Shown: piece by piece, positions 1 through 13,102 of the stretch
Numbering within the stretch: position 1 is the stretch's first letter
Layout: each line of letters starts with the position of its first letter
Origin: Atractiella rhizophila
Taxonomy: Eukaryota
Length of the DNA stretch: 64,000 nucleotides
Assembly: GCA_021432655.1 (NCBI GenBank)
Contig: MU271290.1
Location: 1-64,000 of the forward strand
Reading direction: 5' to 3'
Notes under the pieces: generated by a model
Database searches by the model: none
What the model was told of the DNA's origin: nothing
Seen by the model: the letters and a program-made list of their open reading frames with translations, nothing else
Made by a program: the position numbers and the translations under genes

Positions 1-782
1 CCTCTCGCCGGAGAACCTCATCTGGCACCTCTTCGGTACGTCCGACCGCGTTGTTGTTGCTGGTGTCGTCGACTGCATCCAAGTTGATGCCTGCACGGCC
101 TCTGGTTGGAGAAAAAATTGCAGCTAGGAGGGAGGACGTACCTTGACTCTTGAGCGAGTCCAAAGCCTCCTCGACAAGTCCCAGACCAGGGTTGGACCTG
201 AATTCATTTGCCCAAGATTTGAGGAGCTGCAGAACCTTCGTCTTGACCGTGGGATGTGTGTTCTATACCAAAAAGCTCAATGAAAGGCTGTAAAGGAAGG
301 GAGGGGCGGAGCGGTGACTCACTCGATCGTTCACGATCCTGACCAGGATGGAGGTGAAGGCTTTGCTTGCGATTTCTCGGTGCAGAGTTGGCGTGCAGTT
401 GTTCACCAAGCTATCACTCAACTAGAAAGCACTCAGGGAAATGGCACGATGCGCGAGGACAATGGTATGCTCACGCTAAGAGTAAGGATCTGGACATTCG
501 CGTTCCGGTGCTGCAATCTCTTCTGCAGCGCAGCAACGACATTCCTAGCCCTTTGGCAGACATAACCCGTCTATTCACATTACTCAAAAGAGCGCTACGC
601 ACCCTTGCTCCCCTTCGTCGTTCACCTTCTCCCAAACCGACAAATAAAGATCCCAATTCTCCCCCGTCTGATTCTCGTCCGTCGCTTTCGCTGTTTAGCT
701 CAATCAGCCTCAAATGGCCGAAAACAAGACAAGATAGCGTACCGACAACTTCATCGTAAGGATTTGGAGCTGCTTTGAACAT
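1..782 (-). CDS. HSE1: Class E vacuolar protein sorting protein Hse1 (STAM-like, ESCRT-0), 5' exons with VHS domain; runs off window
   Basis: Spliced reading MFKAAPNPYDEVV/AKATDENQTGENWDLYLSVWEKVNDEGEQG/ARNVVAALQKRLQHRNANVQ...THPTVKTKVLQLLKSWANEF resembles the fungal Hse1 VHS N-terminus; GT-AG introns. Confidence 0.85.
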
Positions 783-1066
783 GATAATCTCTTGAGAGAT
801 AATAGTCTTGACTTGTGATAATGGTATTACGTTGCAGCCACCAGTCCGGCGATGTGGACCTGGATAATTACTCTCAGCCCTGTGCTGCGATTAATTACCA
901 GGGTGTAACCATGGGTAAGGTAGCTGACAACGGCCGTCCCGCTTCCCGGACATCGGGCGTTTACGTCTATATCGAAGGGGATCGGTTTGGTTCACAACGT
1001 TTTTAAGACGACGAGCTCCCCAACACAACGATCAAATCTCTAAAGATCCTCTCTCGATTTACAAAA

Positions 1067-3828
1067 ATGACTTTTACGGCTCAGGCAGACGATAAGCTAT
1101 GCATCAACACGGTCAGTCCCATCGCTCTGCCTCACGATCGAACTGATCGAAGGAAAAAACCAGGTGCGAACGCTTGCTGTTGATATCGTCAACAAATCAA
1201 AGTAGGGGTTGCTTTCTCCCGTAGGATCAGAAGCTGATCTCATCGTGTTGTTAGTTCTGGACATCCTGTTCGCTTCTTTCTTGTCATTTTTCGCTTCCCG
1301 CTTAAATAGATTAGGGAGCCCCAATGGGCATGGCCCCAGTCTCCCACGTCCTTTTCTCACGGTGTGTCTCTTTCCTACAATTTGAACGATGTCTGATGAT
1401 TCTTCGAAGTCTTTTCACCGCCAACCCCAAAAACCCTCACTGGTTGAATCGCGATCGATTCGTCCTTTCGAACGGTCATGCCTGCGCTCTTCAGTACACT
1501 ATGCTCCATCTTCTTGGCTACAAGGTCTCGATGGACGATCTTAAAAAGGTATGCTCTAATCAAACCGAGCTTGAGCACGCCACTTACCCAACACAGTTCC
1601 GTTCAGTAGACTCTATCACCCCAGGTACAGGCTCCCATGACCCTACGATCGGATTGCTAACGACGGCGTTGTGCAGGTCATCCAGAATTGGGCGTCACGG
1701 AGGGTATCGAAGTGACCACTGGCCCCCTCGGACAAGGTGATCTCTATCTACCTTCAGCATCCACCAGACTAAAGGGTCTCAATAGGATTCGCCAACTCTG
1801 TCGGATTGGCCATTGCTCAGGCCCATCTCGGAGCAACCTACAACAAGCCCGATTTCCCTCTTATCACCAACAAGACCTTTGTCTTCCTTGGAGATGGTTG
1901 CATGCAAGAAGGTGTCGCTTCCGAAGCAGCTTCTCTCGCTGGACATCTTGGGCTTGGAAACCTGATCGCTGTCTATGACGACAACCAAATCACGATCGAC
2001 GGGGACACCCATGTTTCTTTCACCGAAAATGTCTCCAAGCGCTTTGAGGGTTATGGCTGGAGGGTCCTTGAGTGCGTACCGTGCTTGTGAAATTCCTCCC
2101 ATGAACCTGATGATCGCCAACAGAGTCCAAGACGGAGACCACGATCTTGAGAAAATCTACGAGAGTATCAAAAACGGAGTTGATTCGACTGAGAACAAGC
2201 CCACTCTCATTCGCCTTCACACTACCATCGGTTTCGGATCGAAGAAACAGGGATCTCACGATGTTCACGGCGCCGCCCTTGGTGCTGAGGACGCCAAACA
2301 CGTCAAGAGTCTCTTTGGATTCGACCCTGAAGCTACTTTTGCCGTTGACCAGAAGGTCTACGACGTCTACCACAAGGTCGCTGAGAAGGGAGCGGCCGCT
2401 GAAAAGGCGTGGAAGGAACTTTTCGCCAAGTACCAGGAGAAGTACCCCAATGAGGCGGCTGAGCTCTCCAGGCGGTATTCTAACACCTTGCCCGAGGGTT
2501 GGGAGAAGAAGCTCCCCACCTACACGGCGAAGGATAAGGCGTTGGCGACTCGTCAACTTTCTCAAGCAGCGATCACCTCATTCGTCGATATCCTCCCCGA
2601 GACTATTTCTGGAAGTGCTGACTTGACTCCTTCGAACTTGACGAACTGGAAGGGGGTCAAGGACTTCCAGCCTCCGGATACTAAGCTTGGAGACTTCACT
2701 GGTCGTTATTTCAGGTACGGTGTGAGGGAGCATGGAATGGGTGCTGTCATGAATGGTTCGTCGTTCCGCCACATCCATGATCAAGCTGAAAACGTATAAA
2801 GGTATTGCCGCCTACGGAAATGGTCTCATCATCCCCATGGGAGGAACTTTCCTCAACTTCACTTCTTATGGTACGTCTTTCGCTCCGCAGTCAAAAGCTC
2901 GAACTGACTTTTCGTGTGCCAGCTGCTGGTGCCATCCGTCTCTCCGCGCTCTCTCACCTGCGAGTGATCTGGGTGGCTACTCACGATTCCATTGGTCTTG
3001 GAGAGGATGGGCCCACTCATCAACCCGTCGAAGTCGTTGCGCATTGGCGTGCACTCCCCAACTGTAACGTTTGGCGTCCAGCTGGTTCGTCTCATTACCT
3101 ATCTCTTTTATCCGGACACTGATCGGCTTGTAATGCGCAGACGGAAACGAAGTCTCTGCTGCCTACATCAGCGCAATCTCTTCCGTCCACACCCCCTCCA
3201 TCCTTTGTCTCTCTCGTCAGGCTGTCCCGCAGATCGAAGCATCGTCAGTCGAGAAGGCTCTCAAGGGAGGATACGTCGTTCACGAAGCCGAGAACGCTGA
3301 CCTCACCTTCGTTTCTACTGGTACCGAGGTCTCGCTCGTCTGCGAAGCTAGGGAGATCCTTCAGAAGGAGGGTCTCAAGGTCCGGGTCGTCTCACTTCCT
3401 TGCTGGGAAGTTTTCGAGCAGCAGAGCCATGAGTATAAGCTGAGCGTATTCCCTGATGGTCACCCTGTTTACTCTGTCGAGCCGTACTCCGTATGTTCCC
3501 AATCTTCTTTCACTTTCATGACAGCATTCTCATGCCCCTTGGCAGACTCAAGGATGGCAGAAGTACTCCCATGCTCAGGATGGTATCAACGTGAGTTACC
3601 CTTTTCCTATAAGAAGAAAGGTATTGACATTGTTAATAGCGATTCGGCATGTCTGGACCATACAAGGATGTCTACAAGGCGCTCAAGTTGACTGGTCCCG
3701 ATATCGCTGAGAAGGCAAAGAAGGCTATCGCGCACTACAAGGGCGTCAAGCTCCTTTCTCCCATTAACACTCAGTTCGACCTTGCAGTCACCGCTGCACC
3801 TCATAGCGTGAACAAGCAGATTGTCTGA
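1067..3828 (+). CDS. TKL1: Transketolase, intact, multi-exon (more than 10 short introns)
   Basis: Motifs [27 protein letters not shown] (ThDP), [35 protein letters not shown] at 1067, stop TGA at 3826-3828. Confidence 0.96.
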
Positions 3829-5429
3829 CGAGCCAATTCTTGTAGCAAAATATGTCAAGAAAGAAATATACGTATGAATGGTGTACTTTGGAGGCCAGTG
3901 TCCTTTCCTTAGACTGTAATGGGAACTTTGTTTTAGACGAACTCTTCTCGGGCAGGACAGGAATCATTTTGAGAGTAGCAAACATTTTTCTTGTTATGGG
4001 CAATTACGAAGAACACCGGCAAAAGGTCACAAATCGTCGAGAGCCCTCGACATAATGTGATCGTACTAGGTATCACCTTTAGATGGACGGTGAAGAGAAA
4101 GAGAAGCGGCTTTGATCATGTCCTAAATATTGCTATAGTTTCTGCAGCAGGCCAAGTAGTTAGAAAAGATCTTTACGCGTTGTTTCAATACTTCAAAAAC
4201 CTCACTGACAAGTAACAGACCCTTGGTCCAGTTCCTCAAGTCGGAGTGCACATCTCGAGCATAATCCTTTGGGATACGACTCCTGGTAACGTTCAGAGGT
4301 TGTGAAGAGGAGGAGGCACGTGGGTTTTAGGCACTTAATCAACGAGAGTATCGAAGGAAAGGAAGGATCTTGGTTCGTCATGCTCCTTCCTTCATTATTT
4401 CAGTCATTATGAAGTTGACTCAAATGTGAAGAAGGAGCCTGCACCTTCTTATGCTACTAGACTAGTCCGCGGTCGTCCCTCACCTTGCCGTACGAAGTTC
4501 GACTGGATTCTGCATACCTTTCCAGTCTCATGAAGGATTAAAGTGATAATGAGGGATAGGCCACGGCATCAACTAAGACGGAAAAATTCACTTCTGTCTA
4601 CAGCTTGGAAAGCGGAAAGGATCCAGCCAATGGTCAGTTTCAAATATTCCAATTCCTCGTGCAGCAAGACCCTCACGCCACGTCCTCGGCCATCCAATGC
4701 CTTCGGACCTCTTGCTGAAGACTATGTTTGTGAGATTTCGCTGGCGGTTCCTCCCAATGTATCTCTATCTCAGCAATAACAGTAGCCGGAAAAGTTCGAG
4801 CCTGGGGAGTCTAAGAAGGAGTGGAAGACTCGAGATGCGAGAGGTGCGGCCAGAGTTGCTATCGAGTAGGTGGACTGCAAGGAAACGCGAAACGTGCGAA
4901 AGTTCAAAGGGTACCATAAACTTACCAGCCCTTGTTTCCAACACCACTTCCCTCAAGTTGTGTGGTAATATGTTAGGTCACCCGTTCACCCTAGTTGGTG
5001 TTTATCTACTGTCGGCATTCGTTTTGAAGACTGTTGAAGACCTACTTGGAATAAATCAAGGTACGGACGTCGCAGCTCATCCTCCTCAAAGCATAAAGCG
5101 AGCCGGAAGTCTCGCACATCCAACTATGCTAATTCGCTGACCTGCTCTTCATAACTCACTACAGCAAGGTGATCTTCTGCGAAACAGCCGATATCGAGTG
5201 CACCTAATCAATTTTTGTCAACACGTTGAGCTCCGCCTAACCGTCAACGTTGTCAACGCCTCACTTTCCTCTAACTTCTCACCTTCTGACGCCGCCGCTT
5301 GCGAGCCGTGGTGTCGAGGCTTCCAGCTCAAGCGCAAGCTTCGTAAGATGTTGATGACTATCTGCTGAAGCTGAGGCAATACAGAGCATCGTTTGGTTGC
5401 TTTCTGAATGTTATCCAGTGGGTATCGGA

Positions 5430-7182
5430 AAACTCCAATTGTACGGCTGCCTATCGAACTGTTGTCCCGAACATTTACCTTACCTACCTCCAGCTCACTC
5501 GTATCCAGGATCTAAATCAAGTTAATCCCACATTTTTGCAGCTTTTGAGCAGTTTTCTCTGCATTTAGAGGAATGGAGCTCTCTATCCTAATAGATCACT
5601 GTGCTTTTGATGGCTTTTCTTCTTATCCTCTGAAGAACGGTGACCTCATGAACTTGACGGACGGTTTAATAGAATGGCAGAAGGATGCAAGTGACAACAT
5701 GGTCCTCAAACGACTTCCGCAGACGTTTCCGATTGCCCAGCTACCCATCGAACCTTTAGAACTGAGGCGACCTCTGCAAACTGCTCCAATTGCCCGCCTC
5801 CCCATTGAACTTTTGTTCCGGATATTTTACATTTTACTACCTCCAGTCTCTCACATCCAAGATCTAAATCAAGAGTTTATTTCACATTTTTGCACCCTTG
5901 CAGGGATTTGCTCCGCATTCAGAAACCTAGCGCTCTCCGTCCTACCAGAATACTGTGTTCGTTTTGCGGACAAATTTTGTTCGTCTACTTTGAACATCCG
6001 TTATCTCCAGTATATGGCAATACACCACCGTTTAATGCACCCATATTTTGCAACATTGACTTTAGGTCGTCCCCTTCCACCATCTCCCAAGTCTTGGTCC
6101 CATCTACTGGATGCTGTTGCGAGGTACTCAGAAAGCACGAGGGTAGAATTCTACAATTTGCCATGGGACGCTTTCGATGTGCAAGATATGTTGAAATCTC
6201 TTTCTTCGCACAGAACAAGATCTTTGAGCCTTTTCTTTCAAAATCGGCGCGCTGCAAAACTTTCTCTTGAGAGAATATTTAAGTTGAAGGATAAATCTGG
6301 ATCTGTCACCATATCTGGGTCGACGTCGTCGAGGTCAGGTCGTTCCCGTGTACAGCCATTGCCGGGGATGGGCAATCATAACACTTTGGCTCTTCTTCAT
6401 TGTTGCCTTTGTGATGGAGACTTCAATGGCATCGTTGACACGCATGAAACATTATACCCTTTGAAAAGGCTCAGGTTCAGCTCATTCTATCACCTGTTGT
6501 CTGCAGAGGGCTATAGCAAGATGTTGCAGATTTTTCAACCGCTTCATCTTTGTTGTGCTTTTCAGCAGCTTTCGGACAGTGCTGAGGGCAATCCCGTATC
6601 ATGTCTAAGTAGACCCGTCGACCATGAACTCCGTGCATGGTTCTCCCTTCGGGATCACCGCCGCCAACCGTACTACTCACTGTACCTTGATGGGGGGAGG
6701 GATGACTCGAATCTGATTTCTGACACATTTCTAGGAGCAGGAGGTGAATGGGACAACCTTAGAGAGCTCGTTTTGCTTTACTGCCATTTTCAGCTAGTAC
6801 AGTGCTCGACTTCCTGTCTAAAGTCGCTCGGATACAGAACTTGGTGAATCCGTGGGGGATTTATCCTCGTTTGGTCGTGCAGCTGAAGCCATTCTTTGGA
6901 GACTGCGACTTTTCGACCTCCTGGTTCTCCCAAGCCTTAGGGCCATTCCACAGCTTATTAGCAGTGTCATCCGTCAAATTGTTCAATGAGAGGTATTCTA
7001 AACGCCACGAACGCTCCGAATATCCGCTTCAGTATGATCCCTCAAGGTCAGGGGAAGTGTTCAGCGTTTTCTGCGGGCAAGACGGCAACCGACTCGATAT
7101 TTGGTTCATTGACCAAGACGATGAGCCCGGGAATGAGGACTCTCTCTTCTTTTGGAAGAATTTCGACAAAACAGGACGTTGA
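5430..7182 (+). pseudogene. F-box-like family copy 1, frameshifted near 6790 (pseudogene or sequencing error)
   Basis: ORFs 5573-6847 and 6802-7182 together match copies 2 and 3. CATTTTCAG here versus CATTTTTCAG in copy 2. An upstream F-box-like module at about 5430-5570 is degenerate. Confidence 0.8.
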
Positions 7183-7989
7183 GGTCCTGACCCTCAGTAT
7201 GCATTTCCTTGCGATTGGACGGAGTGGTGGGCTCGAAATTGTACCAAAGAGGCGATACAACGGAACATTGACTTAGAATAACTTTCACGGATTCTGTACC
7301 ATTTCCTTCAGTCCACAAGGAAGCTAGCTCCGTGTTCAAATGGCGATCACAACAATTGGCAATGTGATGCTGTCTTGATTTCCACGCCATGTACCACACA
7401 CTACACTACATTCTATGAACGGTTTATTTTAAAACGTCCTACAAGATTTCTCATCAAAGCGCACGCATTGAAAAAAACTCCCTGGCCCCACTCCGTAAGT
7501 CTAGGGACAACTTACTGCACCCAAATCTAGCGCCTTCAACACCCTGAACGAATTACTCCTTCGATTCAACGACGCCCAGACAGCTGTCCCTCTGCACCTA
7601 ACTCCTCGGCTTCTGGCACATCATCCTAATCTCATCCATGCACCGCAAGGCCTCCCGCCTTCCCCATCCTCATCCTTATCTACACTTACATTCTGCACGA
7701 ACTCAGCGCCAGAACACGTATATTAGACGTGACTCAGGTGCACTATTACGATAAAGCGTGAGGGAGTGAGCGAGGGAGGATGTAACGGGCAATAGAGAGG
7801 AAGACTGTGAGTAGACGCATGGATGGAGATCGTGCGGAGAGAAGGGAAGATTGGATCTCATTCTGCACCGAAGCGAGGTTTGTTCGCTCGAAAGATGGAG
7901 AGACTCAGCTTGGAGAAACATGGCTCAAATGGGTGCGCGATCGCAATCAAACCTTAGTCACGGTAGCTGAAGCCACCACGCGTCCAGCT

Positions 7990-9195
7990 CCATAAACCAG
8001 GAGAAGTGCTCTCTACGGGGGTACTCCAACACCTTGTGCAATTGCCCAAGATTGGGAGAAGAAACTTCCCACCTGCGCACCGAAGGATGAGGGGGAGGCG
8101 ACTCGTCCACTCTCTCATTTCTGGACGTCCCACGCCTTCACTCCTTCTAACTTGACGAACTGGAAGGGAGGGACCAGTTTCCGTTCTTGCTTTCAAACGC
8201 CAAGCTTGGAGACTTCACTGGTCGTTTTACCAGATACGGTGTGATTGAGCATGGAATGGGTCGTCATGAATGGTTTGTCCTTCCCTCGTACCTCACTTCC
8301 AGGATCAACTGACGCTGTAGGCCAAGGCATCACTGTGTATGGAAACGGTCTATCATCCCTATGGGAGGTACTTTCCTCAGCTTCACTTGCTATGGTGCGC
8401 CTCTCGCTCCCTTTTTAGGAGGTCCAAACTAACCTGCTGTGCAGATCCGTCTCTCGGCGCGCTCTTTCATCCCCATGTAATCTCAGTTGCTACTCACGAT
8501 TCTATTGGTCTTCGAGAGGACGGTTCAACTCATCAGCTCGTCGAAGTCATCTCGCATTAACGTGTTCCCCCGTACTGTAACGTTTGGCGTCCAGCTGGTT
8601 CGTCCTCACGTACCTCTTCTCTCTTATTTGGTAACTCATCTCCTTGTGCCCTGTAGACGGAAACGAAGTCTCTGTTGCCTAGATCAGTCATTTCCTCCGC
8701 TCACTACCTTTGTCTCTCTGTGAAAGCCGTACCGCAGATCTAAACATCATCAATCGAGAAGGCTCTCAAGGAAGGATAGTCGTTCATGAAGCACAGAACG
8801 CTGACCTCACCTTCGTTTCTATCATACCGAGGTCTCGCTCGTCTGCGAAGCTAGGGAGATCCTTCAGAAGGAGGGGCTCAAGGTTCGGGTGGTCTCACTT
8901 CCTTGCTGGGAAGTTTTCGAAGAGCAAAGTCAGGAGTACAAGCTCAGCATTTTACTAATGGCATCACCCGGTCTATCCTATCGAGCCTTACTCCGTATGC
9001 CTGTATGTTTCTTCCTCTTTGATGATGACATTCCACGGTTGCCGTTGCCGGCGTCGTCAGACTCAAGGATGGCAGAAGTACTGGCGGGCTGGGGATGATA
9101 TTGACGTGCGGCCTTTACTCTTGCAAGGAGATAATGTGTTCACATGATTGACAGCGATTGGCCATACCTAAACCATACAAAGATGTCTAAAGTCC
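7990..9195 (+). pseudogene. Transketolase 3'-half pseudogene copy 1, introns retained
   Basis: Colinear with TKL from about 2430 to 3680 ([29 protein letters not shown]), with many indels and stops. Confidence 0.92.
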
Positions 9196-11218
9196 TGACG
9201 CTGTAACCCCCGCGCCGAAAGAGACCCCTCTTATGGATCTGTGACCGTCAGCATCCAAAATTGTTCTCAATACCGACGCGCCGCCTCATGAGATGAAAGC
9301 CTAACTCTGGCAGTCCGCAATCACGCTCATCACAATTCTGTCAGGCTGTTGCGCATTGCTCTCCTGAAGGTAAGTCTTGCGTTGCAGCTGTTCCCAGTGA
9401 TCATGGTCACCAACAGGAAGCGACCAATTGATCCTCCGCAGAGAAATGGCGACTAGAAGACTTACTTTGGTGCCCGTGCTGGACCCACCTATTTTGAACT
9501 GAGAGCAGAGTACACTCTTTGTCGCTTGCGATTGCGCTTTTCAAGGCTACTCCTATGCCTTTATGCCTTGGACCACTTTCGCGCATTATCAGACATTACT
9601 TCTGGAGGTAAGATTTTAGTCCGCTTATTCTGTGAGAAATTTAATGGTGTGGTATAACAGTTCCCCATCCGCTCACAACTGCCTCCTTACTCGCCCATGT
9701 GATAGTCGGCAGCGCGTTTGAACAACTTGATATGCGAGTCTGAAACCAGGGGGAATTATTGCACAGAAGATCCGCCAAGGCCAAGGAGCGCCGATGATGG
9801 TGTACTGGTGGTCTCGTAGAGGTTACAACTGTAGCAAGAGCAAAGAAGAACGGCTTAATATGTAGCAAATGTTGCTCCAGTTTCGGCAGCTGGTTAATTT
9901 GGATTGGAAAAGACCTTCACGTGTTCGTGCTCTGTCAATAATTTCTGAAAGGCTCGCTAACAGTCCAACCAGGTTGTTGGTCCAGTTCCTAGAGTCCCCC
10001 AGTTCACTCGTTTCCATTTTCTTAAGCATGAAATCCCTTGGGAATCTTCCACCAGGTCACGGTCAGAAATTGAGAAGAAGGGGGGTGTGCGTTCTCGGCA
10101 CTTGATCAATGAGGACATCAACGGAGAGGAAGGATCTTGGTCGGTCTTTCTCATCCCTTCATTATTTCTGATGCCACGAAGCTGACTCAAGTACGAAGAA
10201 GGAGCCCTACATCTCCTGCTGCTACACGAACTGGTCCTCACTTCCCTCACTTCCTCGCAGGTCAGCGGGGTTCGACTCCAATTGTGAGCGGTAGAACCGC
10301 CGCTTCGTTCCTACACGCAACCGGATTTCTGTACACTTTTCAACGGATCAAATTAACACTGCGGCGTAGACCAGTCATCGAAGGCAGTCGATTCTGTCTT
10401 CAGCTAGAAGCATATCAGATTCAAATATTCCAGTTTCTCGTTCAGAACCCTCAAGCCTCGTCTTCCCAAGATGCCTCCGTACTTCTTGATGATGACCACG
10501 TTTGCGAGATCCCCAAACTCACGGTTCCTCCCAACATACCGCTATTTCAAGAACAACAGCAGGGAAATTCGAAGTCTGAGGAGTCTAAAAAGGAGTAGAA
10601 GATGCAAGATATTAGAGATGCTGCAGGGAGAGGATGAGGATTGCTAGTGAGTTGGCGGATGATTGCGTTGTCATTGCAAGGGCAGAACTTTTTTGTTTAC
10701 TCGTTCAAACTTAAACATGAAAGGTGCGAAAGTTTAAAGGTATCATGAATTTACCAGCCCTAGTTTCTAACACATCTTCCCTCAAGTTGTTGTACGGTAC
10801 CCGTTCACAGTTGGAGTTTACCTGCTGTCGGTATGGTTGAAGTGTTGAAGACTTACTTGGAAATTGTAAGGGTACGGACGTTGCACTGTATCAAAGGACA
10901 ACCAGAATCCGACCTGAAGTCGTGCACATCCAACTCTGCGAACTAGTTGATCTCTTCTTGATAACTCACTGGAGCCAGGTGACTGACGCTCCGCGAAACA
11001 AGCGACTTCCAGTCAGCACTCACTGTGAACTCCCCCTAGAAGTCAACGTCCAACACCTCAGTTTTTCATGACTATTCACGTTCTGAGGCGCGGAAAGAAG
11101 CACTTGTCACTGCGCTCTGTGGTGTCTAGGCTCAAGCTTAAGCGCAAGCGTCGTAAGGTTTTGACGATTATCTGCTGAAGCTCCTGAGCTGAGGCAACAT
11201 ACAGGTTACTTTCTGAGT

Positions 11219-13102
11219 TTGATCAATGGGCAGCACATACGCCGGGAGGAGAGATTTAAGTACGCACCACCTCCAGAAAGTCCAATTTTACAGCTGCCTA
11301 TCCCACTTTTGTTCCGGATATTCGACCTTCCTCCAGTCACTAGCACCTGGGACCTGAATCAAGGTTTCATTTCACGTTTTTGTGCCTTTGGAGCGGTTTG
11401 CTCCACATTCAGAAAAATAGCACTATCCCGCCTACGAGACTATTGTGCTGTTGTTGGCTTTACTTCTTATGCTCCGAAAATAAGTTACCTCAGGAACATG
11501 GTGACAGAACACCATTTGATAAAATGGCAGAAGGATGCAAGTGGCAACACAATTCTCAAACGACATCCGCAAATGTCTCCGATCGCCCAGCTACCCGTCG
11601 AACTTCTGGACCGGGTATTTTACCTCTTATTACCTGCAGTTTCACACATCCAGGACTTGGATCGAGAGTTTATTTCACAGTTTTGCATCTTGGCAGGAAT
11701 TTGCTCCACATTCAGAAATATAGCTCTCTCTGCCCTACGTCATTACTGTTTTCTTTTTGCAGCCAACTTTTTCTCTTACGCTTTGAACGTCAGTTATCTC
11801 CGGAATATGGCAGTGAATCATGGATTAATGAAATGGGAGAGAGATGTAACACTGACTTTTGGTCGTCCCCTTCCACCATCTCACAAATCTTGGCACAATG
11901 TACTGGACTTTGTAGCAAAGCGCTCAGGTAATACGAAGGTGCGGGTCTACAATTTGCCATGGGACGATTTCGATCTGCAACATATGTTGAGATCTATCTC
12001 TTTGCTCGGACCAGCATCTTTGGACCTTTTCTTTCAAAATCAGCAAGCTGAACTTTCTCTTGCAGAAATACTCAACTCCTCGACTGACCGCTCTGTGTCT
12101 ACGCGGTCTGTCACCATATCTGGACTGGCACCTTCTCGGCCAGGTCGTTCCCGAGAACAGCCATTCTCGCGGAACTACTATATGCCGCATGATTTGGCTC
12201 TCCTTCAGTGTTGCCTTTGTGATGGAGACTTCAATGGCATCCTTGACACGCAAGAATCATCATACCACTTGTCCAGGCTCAGGTTCAGCTCATTCTATCA
12301 CCTGTTTTCTGAAGAGGGCTTTGGCAGGATGTTGAAAATTTTTCACCCATCTCGTCTTTGTTGCGCTTTCCAGCAGCTTTCGCATAGTGGTGATGGCAAC
12401 CCAGTATCATGTCTGAGACTGAGAAGACCCGTCGACTATGAACTACATGAATGGATCTCCGATTACCATCTCCACTCCTCCCGGCCCAACAAACTTTACC
12501 CTCGACACTATCCGAATTGGAATTCTTACTTGTCTTCACGCTCAGAACTATGTGAATGGATCCCGAATTGGTATTCTTACTTGCCTTCACGCTCACTGTA
12601 CCTTGATGGCGGGAGGGAGGACTCGAATCTTATTTCTGACACATTTCTAGCAGCCGAAGGTAAATGGGACAATCTTATGGAGCTCGTTTTGCTTTACTGC
12701 CATTTTTCAGCCAGCACAGTGCACGACTTCCTGTCTAATCTGGCTCGGATACAGTATCCGGAGAATCGGTTGTGGCTTTATCCTCATTTGGTAATGCAGC
12801 TGAAGCCGTTCTTTGGAGACTGTGACTTTTCCCCCTCATGGTTCTCCAAAGCCTTAGGGACATTCCACAGCTTATTGACAGTGTCATCCGTCAAATTGTT
12901 CAATGAGAGGTATGAACACCACCAACACTCTATATATCCGCTGCAGTATGATCCCTCAAGGTCAGGGACAGTGTTCAGCGTTTTATGCCAGCAAGGCGGC
13001 AACCGACTGGATATTTGGTTCATTGACCAAGACGAAGAGCATGGGAACGAAGACGCCCTCTTCTTTTGGAAGAATTTTGACGCAAAGAAGCGTCTGAGGT
13101 AG
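11219..13102 (+). CDS. F-box-like family copy 2 (627 aa intronless ORF, two N-terminal F-box-like modules, LRR/RNI-like C-terminus)
   Basis: PILQLPIPLLFRIF...VCSTFRKIA and PIAQLPVELLDRVF...ICSTFRNIA motifs; NLMELVL LRR-like motif; true start uncertain. Confidence 0.8.
   Translation: MINGQHIRREERFKYAPPPESPILQLPIPLLFRIFDLPPVTSTWDLNQGFISRFCAFGAVCSTFRKIALSRLRDYCAVVGFTSYAPKISYLRNMVTEHHLIKWQKDASGNTILKRHPQMSPIAQLPVELLDRVFYLLLPAVSHIQDLDREFISQFCILAGICSTFRNIALSALRHYCFLFAANFFSYALNVSYLRNMAVNHGLMKWERDVTLTFGRPLPPSHKSWHNVLDFVAKRSGNTKVRVYNLPWDDFDLQHMLRSISLLGPASLDLFFQNQQAELSLAEILNSSTDRSVSTRSVTISGLAPSRPGRSREQPFSRNYYMPHDLALLQCCLCDGDFNGILDTQESSYHLSRLRFSSFYHLFSEEGFGRMLKIFHPSRLCCAFQQLSHSGDGNPVSCLRLRRPVDYELHEWISDYHLHSSRPNKLYPRHYPNWNSYLSSRSELCEWIPNWYSYLPSRSLYLDGGREDSNLISDTFLAAEGKWDNLMELVLLYCHFSASTVHDFLSNLARIQYPENRLWLYPHLVMQLKPFFGDCDFSPSWFSKALGTFHSLLTVSSVKLFNERYEHHQHSIYPLQYDPSRSGTVFSVLCQQGGNRLDIWFIDQDEEHGNEDALFFWKNFDAKKRLR

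Noticed and set aside
2020..2626. Long alternative-frame and antisense ORFs over transketolase
   Set aside because: Shadow ORFs of a codon-biased gene.
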